NCBI GenBank assembly: GCA_033442325.1
Contig: JAWQFM010000009.1
Location: forward strand, 1,281,672-1,345,671
From: Salpingoeca rosetta
Taxonomy: Eukaryota; Protista; Choanoflagellata
Direction: 5' to 3'
DNA length: 64,000 nt
This document shows positions 1 through 21,532 of this stretch, one piece after another. The translations under genes were made by a program, and so were the position numbers. Numbering within the stretch: position 1 is the stretch's first letter; the number at the start of each line of letters is the position of its first letter. The notes beneath the pieces are model-generated. The model was not told the DNA's origin. It saw only the letters and a program-made list of their open reading frames with translations, and did not search any database.

Positions 1-320
1 CCAGCCTGCAGGTACAGCGTGCCGTTTGTGGTCCACATCTGCGGCGCTCCATTTCCGTTGTCGCTGCCGGCAGTGCCGAAGCATTCCCGCAGGTCTGCAA
101 TCACCTGTGACACTGCCGGGTCCGACTGGCAGTTGAGGGTGGCCGTGCAGGCGAGGTAGCTGGTGAGGCCTGCACACGTCGTCGGCACGGTGCATTGCTG
201 TTGCAGCAGCATCGTGTCGCACGTGTCTGCTCCCTGTGCATTCACAACACCAAGAACATTGCTCCAGTACACCAGCACGAGTGCCAGCAGCACCGACACG
301 CGCGCAGTCACGCCACACAT
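1..320 (-). CDS. Secreted or surface Cys-rich protein, N-terminal part (truncated at window edge)
   Basis: Hand translation from ATG at 320 reads MCGVTARVSVLLALVLVYWSNVLGVVNAQGADTCDTMLLQQQCTVPTTCAGLTSYLACTATLNCQSDPAVSQVIADLRECFG... and stays open to position 1. It has a hydrophobic signal peptide with a VNA|Q-type cleavage site and six further Cys. Confidence 0.7.
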   Translation of the reverse strand, partial: MCGVTARVSVLLALVLVYWSNVLGVVNAQGADTCDTMLLQQQCTVPTTCAGLTSYLACTATLNCQSDPAVSQVIADLRECFGTAGSDNGNGAPQMWTTNGTLYLQA

Positions 321-536
321 TGTGTATGTGTCTGTGTGTGTATGTCTGTGTCTGTCTGTGTCTGTGTCTGTGTGTCTGTGTGAGCAGCTGGTTGCGGTGT
401 GGAGGGGGCAACAACAAAACAACAGCTTGCTTCTTTCTTGCTTCTTGTGATTTGAAAACAAAACTGAAATCAGTTCAAATCGGGAGCTTTTGTCAGAATT
501 GCATTTCCTGATCAGAGCAACAAACAAGCAAGGACG

Positions 537-577
537 ATGCGACTGCTCGGGATTGACACGGCGTCCTGGTACATGGT

Positions 578-657
<80 letters not shown>

Positions 658-1387
658 ACAACAAACATAGTGTCGAAGACGCGCTTTCTATCCCTCCCCT
701 TACTCCGCACAGACACGATCACTCACTTTCATTGCACACACACACACACATATCAGGACTATGAGGGCCAGAAGTTGATGGAGGGCTTGTTCCAGTACAT
801 TATTCTTGGGTTCATGACACTTGGGTTTGGTTGGGGATACTACTGCCAGCGATTTGAACAAACCATCTACGTCACCCTCGGCGGCGTGGCCCTCGCGTTT
901 CTCGTGAGTCCGCTGTGTGTGTCTGTCTGTCTCTCTCTGTCTCTCTCTGTCTCTGTCTCTGTCTCTGTCTCTGTCTCTCTCTGTCTCTGTCTCTGTCTCT
1001 GTCTCTCTCTGACACACACTCTCTGTCTCTCTGTTTCCTTCTGTATGTGTCTGTGTGTGTGTGTCTAAGTTTCCTTATCTTCCCACCATTGCCGTGTCTC
1101 CCCGCCTTCTTCCCCCTCCCACCTTTACCCTGTCTCTCCCCCCGTACCCCTGTGGCTCGTGTCGACCTGTAGCAGCCATGTCGTGCTGTTGCGGCTGCGA
1201 ATGGTTTCTGTTCATCTGCTTCTCACGAGCACCTGGCCCCTTCTCACGTCCACAACCCCCTTCCCATGATTCTCTCGCTTTATCATTTCTACAGATCTGC
1301 CTGCCACCCTGGCCCATGTATCGACGACACCCAATCAAGTGGTTGAAGCGACACCCAAAGCAGAAATCAGCACCAGAGACTAGTTGA
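537..1387 (+). CDS. SPCS1: Signal peptidase complex subunit 1 (SPC12), 3 exons (~537-575, 757-903, 1295-1387)
   Basis: Spliced product MRLLGIDTASWYM|DYEGQKLMEGLFQYIILGFMTLGFGWGYYCQRF...ALAFL|ICLPPWPMYRRHPIKW matches the MDYxGQKL...PPWPxYRRHPxKW signature. Introns are GT-AG. Confidence 0.93.
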
Positions 1388-1641
1388 AATCGCTCGCGTA
1401 TGTGCGTACCTGTGTGCGCATGTATGCATGATTTGATGTGCTCGTTGTAGATTGACCAACCTCGTATCTTCCTCGCCTGATCCTTTTGCGGTACTTTCCT
1501 TGCGCCCCTGGCGACAAAGCCATGTTATAACAATTTTTCTCTGCCAACAAAAGCTGCAAGTACGCATCTGTCCGCCCGTCTGTCTGTCTGTGTGAACGAA
1601 TGACTGTTGCCCAGTACCCTGCCGGGTTGCTTGTTCCTTTT

Positions 1642-1642
<1 letters not shown>

Positions 1643-1672
<30 letters not shown>

Positions 1673-1716
1673 TGTTGTTGTTGTTGTTGCTGTCGTCGTC
1701 GTCGTCGTCGTCGTCG

Positions 1717-1766
<50 letters not shown>

Positions 1767-1770
1767 GCTG
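1643..1770. repeat. Compound (GTC)n/(GTT)n trinucleotide microsatellite between the convergent 3' ends of SPCS1 and CEP104
   Basis: Directly visible. Confidence 0.95.
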
Positions 1771-2063
1771 TTCTGTTCATTGTTTGTTTTGAATACAGTA
1801 GCGGCATAACAAACCCAGTCCACACTGTGTCCCACGACCAGGCATCACATCACATACACTATGTACACGAGCGTGACAGACACAAGGACCAGAGGGAAAA
1901 CGCGACAGATCAAGCGCAGTGGCGGGCGGTCAACGCCCCAACTTCATTCAGCAGCGCCAAGATACACAGGCACAGCAGTTGGTAGCGAGCAAGAGAGTAA
2001 CATGTACTCCACATGAACCATCATAATTCAACCTCACACACACGCATGCACACTGTAGCTTAG

Positions 2064-2351
2064 CTATGACACGGGCGGGTTGGCGATGCGCACAGACTTC
2101 TTCTTGCCCTTACCGCCCCATCCAAACCGGTTCCGCTTCAGGTTCCCCTTCAACTTGGCGCCCTCGCCTCCTTTCTGATTCTTCCCGGCCTTTGTGCCTT
2201 TCACCGCCGGCATTTCCTCTTCCTCCCCTTCTTCCTCTGCTGCCGCTTCACCATCACTATCGCCACCATCACGACCGCCATCGTCATCATCACCGTCGTC
2301 ATCAGCAGCCTTGGTACTTTTCTTCTTGTTCTTCTGTTGTTGTTGTTGTTG

Positions 2352-2382
<31 letters not shown>

Positions 2383-4152
2383 TCCTCCACCTGCTTCTGC
2401 GCGGCCTTGACAGCCTTGAGTTGCTTCTTCAGCCGTGCCACCTCCTCCTTCTGCGCCTCGTCCATGTCGTCGTCATCATCGTCGCCGCCACCAGCGCCAA
2501 GCTTCTTCCGCTGCTTGCGTGCAGGCAACGCCTCACCCTTCTCCTTTGCAACCGCCTGTCGCACCGCCTTGAGCAACCCGCCGTCCTTGTCCTCCCTCAG
2601 CCCCCACAGCTTCTCCGTCTGCGCCGCGTCAACCACGTGGCACTTGGCCACCAGCGTGATGGCGCCCCCGCGCACCTCAACCTTCGCGTGCCGCAGTGCC
2701 GGCGCTATTGCAGACATGACATCCGCCACCCGCAGCTGTGGTGGTGCACCGCCCCTGCCACCCTTGGGCGCTTTGCTCAGGCCGTGGTCGCTGACGAGCC
2801 GCGACACCGCTGCCACGCGGCCTTTGCCCTGCCGCCAGTTGATTGTGGGCTTCAGCGGCGCAAGAGCAACGCTGCTCACCTGCGTGTGGTCGATGCTGTA
2901 CATGCGGCTCAGCAACGCCAGCGCCTCGTCCACGGTTGCGGTGGCAACCTCCCCTGTTCGCGCCAGCACAACGGGCGCGGCGAGATGCCAGATGGGGGCG
3001 AGCGCAGACGAGGCCGCACTGTCACTGCTCGCCTCAACGGCGTCGCACAGCTTCGCCAGCACCTGCAGGCCACGCTCCACCACCTTCTTCACCTTGTGTC
3101 GCAGTGCTTGCTCCAGCACGCATCGCAATGCCGGCACGGTGTGCGCCACGCCCTTCGCCTCCGCCACCTCATCAAACCCATTGAGCACCTCCTGCAGGCC
3201 GTCCGCCTTGTTCGCCCACTGGGGCGACATGATGTAACGAGCCGTGTCCTCCCCAAATACACTGATGCAATCGCTCGCAATCCCGCGCTTCACGTCGTCA
3301 AGCTCTGGCGGCTCGTCCTCGCTCAACTTGGCCGTCGCCCCTCCCCTGCCGCGCCTTGGTGGACCACCGGTCCGCTTCGCCCCGCGCGCACGTGCGCGTG
3401 CGTTTGCTGCTGCTGCTGTACCCGCACCGCCGGGCTTTCGCGGTGCCGGCTTTGCCTTTGCGCGTGGTTTCCGCGCTGCTGCAGACCGCGGCTTGGCTGG
3501 CGGTCGTGGCGGCTGTGGCGATGGTGCTGTTGGCGAGTCGCGGAAGCGACTGGGAAGGCTGTCATCGTCAGCATCAGCAGCGGCGTTGCCAGGGAACCCG
3601 CCCTCCTCCAGCCGCTTGCGAACAGCAGGCAACGGTGGCGACGACGATCTTGCTGCTGCCGTGCGCTGTGCAGGGAGCGGTGGGGAGGTCGGGTGCTGCT
3701 GCCGAGATTGTTGCTGCTGCGACTGCTGCTGCTGCACATGTTGGGGTGACTGTGGGTACTCAGGTATGTGTTGTTGCTGGGACCGGTTCTGTAACGCTGG
3801 CAGAGGCGGTGATGACGCTCGCTGTTGTTGCTGTGGTGGTTGTGGCTGCTGTTGTTGCTGCTGTTGCTGTTGCTGCTGCTGCTGTTGCTGCAGGGAGACG
3901 GATGTGTTGGACGGCGAAGCAGAAGAGGACGGGATGCTCGGCAGCGGCGTGCTCTGCAATTGAACACATGCGTACGCGTGGGCAGAGGGTGATGGCGCTG
4001 AGCAGACAACACTTTGGGAGCAAGTTTTGTTTGGGAGCACTAGCAAACACGGGATGCGTACACGTGCACACGTGCACACGTGCTGGTTATGCACGTACCG
4101 TTGGTAAGCTGCCCATGGCAAGGGCCGTCTGCAGTTGCCCCGAAAGCTGCCC

Positions 4153-4215
<63 letters not shown>

Positions 4216-5390
4216 CGCGCGAACGTAAGTCTGTTGTGACAGAAGGACAATACGCCATCACAGACACGGCCAACACCATCAAACGGGACGTCACGACTCA
4301 CGTGACGCTGTCGAGTTTCGCTGCTGCTGCGGCTTGAGAAGATTGCCCAATCCAAGCTGTGTTTCGAGCTGCACAGCAATCGCAGTACACAACACAGGGA
4401 GTCGCGATCAGAACCATGAGGAGCGTGAACACACACACACACACACGAGTGCAATCGATATGCAAGCACACATGATGCTGCCGTCATTACAGAGCAGAAA
4501 CAAAAGTGCCCTCATTGCCGACAACACCACAAAACACCACCACCATCATATCATCATCATTGTCGTCATCATCACCTGCATCCTGATACGGTCAATCTCG
4601 TCCTTGATGGCCTGCGCCGCCTCAAAGTCCTCACGGGAGACCGCCGCAAGCTTCTTCGTCTCCATTTCCCCGAGCAGCCGCCCGTTCTCAATCAGCGAAT
4701 CAATCGCCCCTTTGATTCGCCCAGCATCCGCATACCGCTCTCTGCAGCGTGCAGCGTGTGTGTATGTGCGCGTGTGCGTGTGCGCGCGTGTGCGTGCGTG
4801 TGCGTGTGCGTGTGCGTGGTTGTTTGTAAAGGGTGAGAACAGCTGTGTGTGTGTGAGTGTGAGAGAGAGTGTGTGTGTGTGTGGTTGAGTGTCGACATGC
4901 TGCAGTGTGCGTGGCGGTTGTAGTGTTGAAGCCGGTGCGATCGTGGCGGGACGGAGGGAGACCTACTCTGCAATGGCGCGCTGTTTCTCTGCTTTCAGCT
5001 GCAATATTCTCTCCGCCGTCTTTGGGTCCTGCACACAAGCAAAGACACATGCATACGTGCATGTGAACGGTAACCTGCTCCAAAGGCATCAACAAGAACA
5101 GTGCGGTACATACGCTATTACCATCCAACCGCACACACGCACACACACACACGCGCGCGCGCGAACATACACGCACGCACGCGCGCGTACCTGTGTGAGC
5201 GAGAACTGCATGTCGTCTGTCTCGTCCACGGTCGCTGGTTTGTTGATGAGCCCGAGCACGCGCGGGTCAAGGCCGTCGTCACCGCGCGATGATTCATCGT
5301 GGTAGTTCTGGTGCAACGACATGCCGATCAAATGCAGGAACCACACGTATGAACAAGAAGATGAGGTTGGCTAAGTATGTGCATGCGTGC

Positions 5391-5430
<40 letters not shown>

Positions 5431-5965
5431 GTGTGCGTGTGTGTGTGTGTGTGCATGTGACTGTTGCCTAGTCCATCTCCATCCCAGTCTGTGCCCCTGG
5501 ATCAGTAGCTGCAGTGCCCACCTCGTCGTTGATGCGTCCAGACGTCAGCACATCCACCATCGACGAGCTCTTCGTTGTCAGCGTCTGCAGCGTTGGCGGC
5601 GTCACGGGCAGCATCTTCTCAGCCAGCTGTTGCGTGTATGTGTGTGTGTGTGTCATTATGAATACATGTGCGGGCGCGACCACGAGCAGCTCAACATATC
5701 CCCCCAAACACGCATTCACACCCGCATGAGCAACAGCTTGCCATGAGCACGTACCCGAGCGAGGCTGACATCGCCTTGTGTGCGGATGGAAACACCACCG
5801 GGCGCCCCATCGCCAAGAATGTTGAGTGCAACCAGGCCAACCTGTTTGTTGTTGCAACATCGCACGCATGGAGGTGTCGAAAGCGTTAGCAGAGACACTT
5901 TGCAGTGGAATCACAGTGCCGAAATCGGCCATCATTGTTCCCTACACACCCTCGCACACACACAC

Positions 5966-6015
<50 letters not shown>

Positions 6016-7593
6016 GCACACGCACACACACACACGCACACGCACACGCACACACGTGTCACATAACCTGGTTGTAGATGTTGTGTGGGTTGAGGTGGTT
6101 CACATGAAACTGGAGCTTGACATACTGCCCGACGGCGTCCACGTGTACCGATTTGAGTTCGCGCGAGGCAAAGTCTGATGCAGTGTTGTCAGACAGCTTC
6201 ACATGGCCTGCGGATCGGTGAAACGAACCACCCGTGGTGATGGGATCAGCGTGGCATGCGTGAGTGCGCAGAACACATGGCAGAGGCATGCGGATGGTCA
6301 ACTCTTCATGTTTACGTATGGATACAGACAGATACACACAGGCACTCACACTCACACATCTACACATTTTCACACACACGCTGACACACACACACACATA
6401 CACACATGTACAAGCATTCAAGCTCTGTTTGCACACACCGAGTTTGGTAAAGGTGGTGTCCTTCAAGGTGTTGCTGCTGCCGTCCTTGACGGCTCCAACA
6501 TACAAATCCACTTTGGTGGCTGCGCAAGGTAATGCAAGGTGGGATGTGTACGCATGTGAGTGATGTGGTGGCGTGCCCGCTCATCACTGTCGTTGCGGAT
6601 TCAATGCACAGTACACAATGCACGACACAATGCACAGTACACAATGCACAGTACACAATGCACAGTACACAATGCACGACACAATGCACAGGACATAATG
6701 CACAGGACATGGCACACACGTCAGCTGAACAAACTGGAAGCGCACCGATTTTGTATTGGTGTGAGAGCATTTGGATCTTGCGAACGCGCGTGATGGTGTG
6801 CAACTTCAGGATGATGACCTGGGTATGACGAGAGCGGGAGCAGACAGCAAGGCCACGTGCAACGTGAGCACCAATGAGCTGGGACAGACAAAGGGCAGAC
6901 AAACAAGCAGTGATCACGTGGCACAATACCCACACGCATGCACATGTGCGTGCGCACAGTTGCAGATAGACCAGCCATATGAACACAGCTAACATGCCAA
7001 CTACAGGTACCTGAGGCCACTGACAGAACTTTGGGGACTGCCAGCCCTTGGCAGCTGGGTTCGGTATCTGCCATGATCATACACACGCACACACGCACAT
7101 GCACACACGCACGCGCACACACGCACGCGCACAGGTATCACAGGTAGGAGACGCCGTCAGCACCTGGTTGGGGGAGGGTGGTGATTGCGGTGCATGCCCT
7201 GCCGTGTGCTTGGCGCTCTTGATTGATTGCCGTTGCTTCTCGCTTCTTCCCATCTCTCGCCCCAACATCCCCGCTCGCTTACCTCCAGCTGTGTCGCGGA
7301 GAAGCCATCGTCAGCGCCTGGCACACACAAGCGGCGATCCAAACAAGGTGAGCAGGACGGCAACCCGTGTGTCTCGCTTCATCAACGCATGCACGCACTC
7401 ACACTCACGCACTCACGCTCACGCACGCACACGCATGCACACTTACGCACACGCACCTGAGCAGTACACTCACACACACGCATGCACACGCATGCACACG
7501 CACGCACACTCACGCACACTCACACACACGCATACACACTCACGCACACGCACCTGAGCAGTACACCACTTGAAAAGGGATGCGTGTTGGCAT
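2064..7593 (-). CDS. CEP104: CEP104/FAP256-like ciliary-tip protein (jelly-roll N-terminus, coiled coil, TOG domain), multi-exon
   Basis: Exons give [14 protein letters not shown]|[11 protein letters not shown]|[19 protein letters not shown]|[24 protein letters not shown]...[35 protein letters not shown], which is typical of the CEP104 N-terminus. The last exon (2064-~3960) encodes HEAT/TOG-like helices. Confidence 0.88.
6603..6710. repeat. Intronic ~14-bp minisatellite (AATGCACAGTACAC-like, ~8 degenerate copies)
   Basis: Directly visible tandem units inside a CEP104 intron. Confidence 0.85.
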
Positions 7594-8398
7594 CTCGACC
7601 GGCCGCAGCGGAGCTGATTCCTTTTAATTTGCGTGTCTTGTGTAGTGTGTTGTTTATAGCCAGCCAGCCCTGCCTGGCCTTGTATCCCTTGTGTTTTGTG
7701 CGGTGTTGTGGTGGTGGTGGTAAGTCGCCCTTGCTCAAGACTACGAATGCTTTGCCCGCTCCTGCCGGGCCTCATCAGCGACAACAGCCAGCCAAGCGAG
7801 CGACTCAAAGCAGCGTCGTCGTCCTCCTCAGAAACCCTTCTTCTTCGTCCTTGCCCACCAGTTTGTTTGTGTGCGTTGTGCTGTTGTCCAAGATTTGCAC
7901 AAAGTCTTTAGTGAATTTTCCGACAGGGTGTTAGATTGACATTGAATCTTACCCGGGCCGTTTTATTTTGTTGGTCAGGGGTTTGGTTTGCCTGCACGCA
8001 AAAAATTTTTGTGTTGTGGCTTTGTTTTTGTGGCTGGAGAGAGAGAGAGAGACCATTCCAAGCACGCCACCACCCAAAACAACCTCCACCCACCCAACAC
8101 CACCAACCAACCAACAAGGGTGCGGCCAGGGCCAACCCACTCCCAGGAGAAGGAAAAGACAAGTCCCTCCCTTCCTTCCCACCACGCGCGCGAGACAACA
8201 AGAGAGAGAGAGAGAGAGACAACAAGACAACAAAGAGCCACCCAGCGCTCTTGCTTTCGTGCTTTTCTTTCTGCCCCCTTTTTTTTTTTCTTTTGCCCCA
8301 AGGACTTGCTTGCTTCTCTCCACTTGTTCTCGTTGCTCTTCTCCTCTTCCTCTCCTCAGCTCAAGACCACTGCGTGGCGTGGAACGGCGGCGCAAACC

Positions 8399-9833
8399 AT
8401 GGTGGTGGCTGTGCTTGGCATCATCTTGTTGGCACTTGTGAGTGTCAGCAGTGGTTCCACAAGCGTGGACCAGCAACCCGCTGAAGCAACCACCTTTGAG
8501 CGCCTCGATCAATCTCAGACTGGCCGTGTGACCACCTTCCACGTGCGTTCCATCCATTTTGCCCCACACGTCATATCTGTCTGTCTGTGTGTGTGTGGTG
8601 TGTGTGTGTGTGTGTGTGTGGTGTGTGTGTGTGTGTGTGTGTGTGCCCGTCTGTCTGTCTGTGTCTGCCTGTCTGTCTGTGTCTGTTTCCCTTTGCGTCT
8701 GAGTAGTGAGTGTGTGTTTTCGATGTGAGGGTTGAGCCGCTTGATCATTTTTCACACACGAATCCCTCAATCTCACAAGCTCACATGTCACGCACTGCAT
8801 CTGCACTCACTCGTCTCTCACTTGGTGACATTGTCGCTGTGCAGATCCCATCGAGCGGAGTGTGGCAGAGTTTCACTGCTGGTCTCACTGGAAACCTCAC
8901 TCGCCTTGATGTCCTCCTTGGCCAAGCAAAACCCGGTACGCAGCATGTGTGCGTGCGTGCGTGCGCGTTCGTTTGTGTGGTATGTGTGCGCACGCGTACT
9001 TAATTACTTACACTCACCCGCTCACGCCCCACCTGCCTCGCCTCCACCCCTTGCTCACTCAAACCTCCCGTGGTGTTCATTCTTGTATTTTGCAGGGGAC
9101 ACATGCAACACGTATGATGGCGATCTTGTGCTGTATGAGGGAAGCGGTCGCTTCCAGGCGCCGTTCTTCTCCCAGCACTCCCAATTGACCAGCCAACGCG
9201 TCGTGGGCTCGGAATGCCGGTGCACCAGCAAGGTACAACTAACTACCCATACATTCAGCACACAGAGAGATTTGTCAGTCGATGGCAACTCTGCAAATGG
9301 CGTGCACTTCTGGTGAAAGGAGGAGGTGCTTGACCTTGCTCTTCGCGGGGTTGCTGCGGCTGTGACGCTGTTCATCCCCCCGGGTTCATTCGTTGTTTAT
9401 TTTCGCAAGTTCGCACTCTCACTAGCACTTCTCCACCCCAACCGAACACTTTCCATGGCCCATGAACCGTGATGTCCACTATGGGCAGGACTGCGTTGTG
9501 TGGCAGTCATTTGTGCTGAGCTCCGCTGTTCCTGTCGTAGCTGGAGAGCGCTACTCTTTCTTCCTTTCCCCTCCACACCGCCACCGCCGTATATCCTTCC
9601 GCGTTGGCCTGGCCGTCGCCGACCTCTACACTGCCGGCAGCAACCACTTTGCGGTGAGCTTTTGTGTGTGTGTGTGTGTGTGTGCGTGTGCGTGTGCATG
9701 TGCGTGTGTGTACGGCTGAGTCTACACGTGGCATGTTTGTTCCATGTTTGTGCGTGTTTGCGTCTTTAGTTCCCTGCTTCAGCAACGTGCACTGCGCATC
9801 AACACTCACTCGCACACGCACACACACGCACAC

Positions 9834-9872
<39 letters not shown>

Positions 9873-10753
9873 AACGCGTATGTTCTCTCCCCCAACTCCC
9901 AATTCAGGCACCCGGGTATGACTTTACGTTCAAGACCTATGTCAACGTGGACAGCGACGCCGTGGATCTGAGCCAGCAAGAAGACAGCACGCAGCCCACC
10001 GGCAGTCCCGAAGGATCCACAGCAGAGCCCACCGACCGCAATGCCAGCAATAGCGCAGGTAGCGCCGTGCAGACGTCGCTGCTGGTGGCGGGCCTGGTGT
10101 GTGCAGCCACCATCTTCGTGGTGCTGGTGATGGCGTTTGTGCGGCGGCAGCGTCGCCGCGGCGCGCGGGTGCTGGCACTGGGCACATTCGCACCGCGCGG
10201 CACCGGAGACAAGAACAGCCGCATGCGTGGTGGCGACGCTGCAGATGTTGACGCCGTGGTGTTTGACGATCTCTTCTACCACGATGACGATGCGGCGGCA
10301 GCAGGGACGTGGCGGCAGACGTTTGAGGCCGCACTCGACGGCCAGCCGGTACAGCGGGCGTGGGATGCCGAGTCACAGCACTTCACGACAACCGTGTCCG
10401 GCGACGCTGGCCTGTGGCAGCGCCACCCTTCACCACTGTCGCACGAGCAAACCGAGGATGGCGGGCGTGGCGAGGGTCATGGACACGGGTGTGATGCTGA
10501 GGAGGCTGCTGCTGAGGCTGAGCTGCATCGGCATATGGGTGGTGTGGGTGCACGTGCTGCGCAGATGCGGGCGCGTGGGCACCAGCATACTGTGCTGTGG
10601 CTTGAGTTCAACGAGCCGTCCGCACATGACGGCGTGATGATGCCGTCAACCACACACAGTGGCAGCGGCGGCGATCGTGGTGGTGATTGGGATAACTGGG
10701 ACAGCGCTGACGTCTATGTTGATGACGCACACGCGAACGTGTCTACCACATAA
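8399..10753 (+). CDS. Single-pass type I membrane protein with a beta-rich extracellular domain and an acidic cytoplasmic tail, 5 exons
   Basis: Signal peptide MVVAVLGIILLALVSVSSG. The exons join in frame at GT-AG sites (LDQSQT...WQSFTAGLTGNLTRLDV...DFTFKTYV). The TM segment LLVAGLVCAATIFVVLVMAFV is followed by RRQRRR. Stop at 10753. Confidence 0.8.
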
Positions 10754-11347
10754 CGAGTGTGTGTGTGTGCTTTGTGTGTGCGTGTGTGTGCTGTGTATGC
10801 GTGCTTTGTGTTGTTTGTGTCGTCGTGTCTGTGCATGCGTGTGCTTGTTCGTTGCCTGCTGTAAACGAGTGGCTTGCTGTGGCAGGCTGGCAGGCTGGAT
10901 GGCTGGCTATTGCTCAGCGTCTCAGTCTCCTTGTCAGCCTCCGACCGAGTCCAAGCTGCGTCTTCTTCTGCGTCTTCTCTTCTTCTTCTTCTTCTTACCT
11001 TTGGCTCTGTGGAGCGCGTCTTGCCGAAAACCCTGGCCTAATGGCTTCCTGTCCCTTTCCCTTCTTCTTTCCCCTCCTCTTCAGTTTCTTCCTTCTCTTC
11101 GACCTCTTCCTTGCACCATGTACAATGACCAATACAGAGAAAAGGAGAAAAGGAGAAAGGTGACACTGGCTCCCTGCCTGTTGTGTGTGTGCGTGTGGGG
11201 GAGGGGGGAGCAGAAGCAGCCAGCCCAACGTATCGGTGATATTTGGCGGAAGATGTCATTAATTTTCGGTAACCCTCCGCCAAAGCAGCAGCGGTTTGTG
11301 TCTCGCTCTCGCTTGCGTCTCGCTCACTTCTTCAACCTCCCACATAC

Positions 11348-11500
<153 letters not shown>

Positions 11501-11549
11501 CGCGGACGCAGACAAGCAAGCGTGTCGCATCCCTTTGTTGTCGGACGCA

Positions 11550-20549
<9,000 letters not shown>

Positions 20550-20934
20550 AAGTGATGTGAGTTGAATGTGTGTGTGTGTGTGCGGTTTGGTATTGCGCGT
20601 GCATGCTGCTGGTGTGTGCTCGTGTGTCTGCCCGTGTACTTGTTGGTTTTGGTTTGCTTTCTGGACTGGTGTTTGTGGTGGTATTTCTGGCGCTAAGCGT
20701 ATGTATGTAAAGTATTTGAGCTGATGAAACACGTCTACAAACGATGATGACAAGCGCACATGAACACGACGCATGAGCACGGTTGCTCGGTAGTTTGGCC
20801 AATTCGCATCACTCGCTGTGTACAAGACAAAGTTCAGGTGGGGGGGGGGAAGCAGGAAAGGGCAAGAGGAAAGTGGGAGGCAGCACATTCGTCAATGAAG
20901 CAGTAAGCAAGCAGGCCAACAGGCCAACAGGCCA

Positions 20935-20975
<41 letters not shown>

Positions 20976-21532
20976 CCACGGCACCATGCATGGATACGGT
21001 TGCAAACACACGAAGGGTCTTGTTCCATCACACGACACGTTGTGAAATGACGTGTGTGGTGCACAGACCAAGCCACAAATGCAAACACACACAGGTACAT
21101 GGGCTGGTGCTACAACCGCCACACTGACACACCCATCGTCAGTGGCTTCACTACAGTTAACAGACACACGAGCAAGTCATTCAAACGCAAAAGAAATGGT
21201 ATGCGTCGCAAACCAAACAAGTGTGGGCACACATACACGCGCATATGAGAGGACGACGCTGTGCACAAACACCGACGACACACGGAAGAGAAGGTACACA
21301 CACACGCGCGCGCGCAGATGATAACAAGACTGTCATGCACATGCAGTCGCTCGCATTATGACACACACGCACACATGAATAAACAAACAAACAAACAAAC
21401 AAACAAACAAACAAACAAACGCACATACACACACACACACACGCACACGCACACACGCACGCACACACGCACGCACACGCACACACGCACACAAACACAT
21501 TACAGCCCGTCCGTGTTGTGTGACATGACATG

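Noticed and set aside
2194-3749. Long plus-strand ORFs (347 and 470 aa); likewise 24666-25988 and 16778-18337
   Set aside because: Antisense to CEP104, GPKOW and KDM5 exons; explained by codon bias.
6603-6710. Short direct repeats here and at 53161-53320 considered as CRISPR-like arrays
   Set aside because: Head-to-tail degenerate units without unique spacers, located in eukaryotic introns, with no cas genes.
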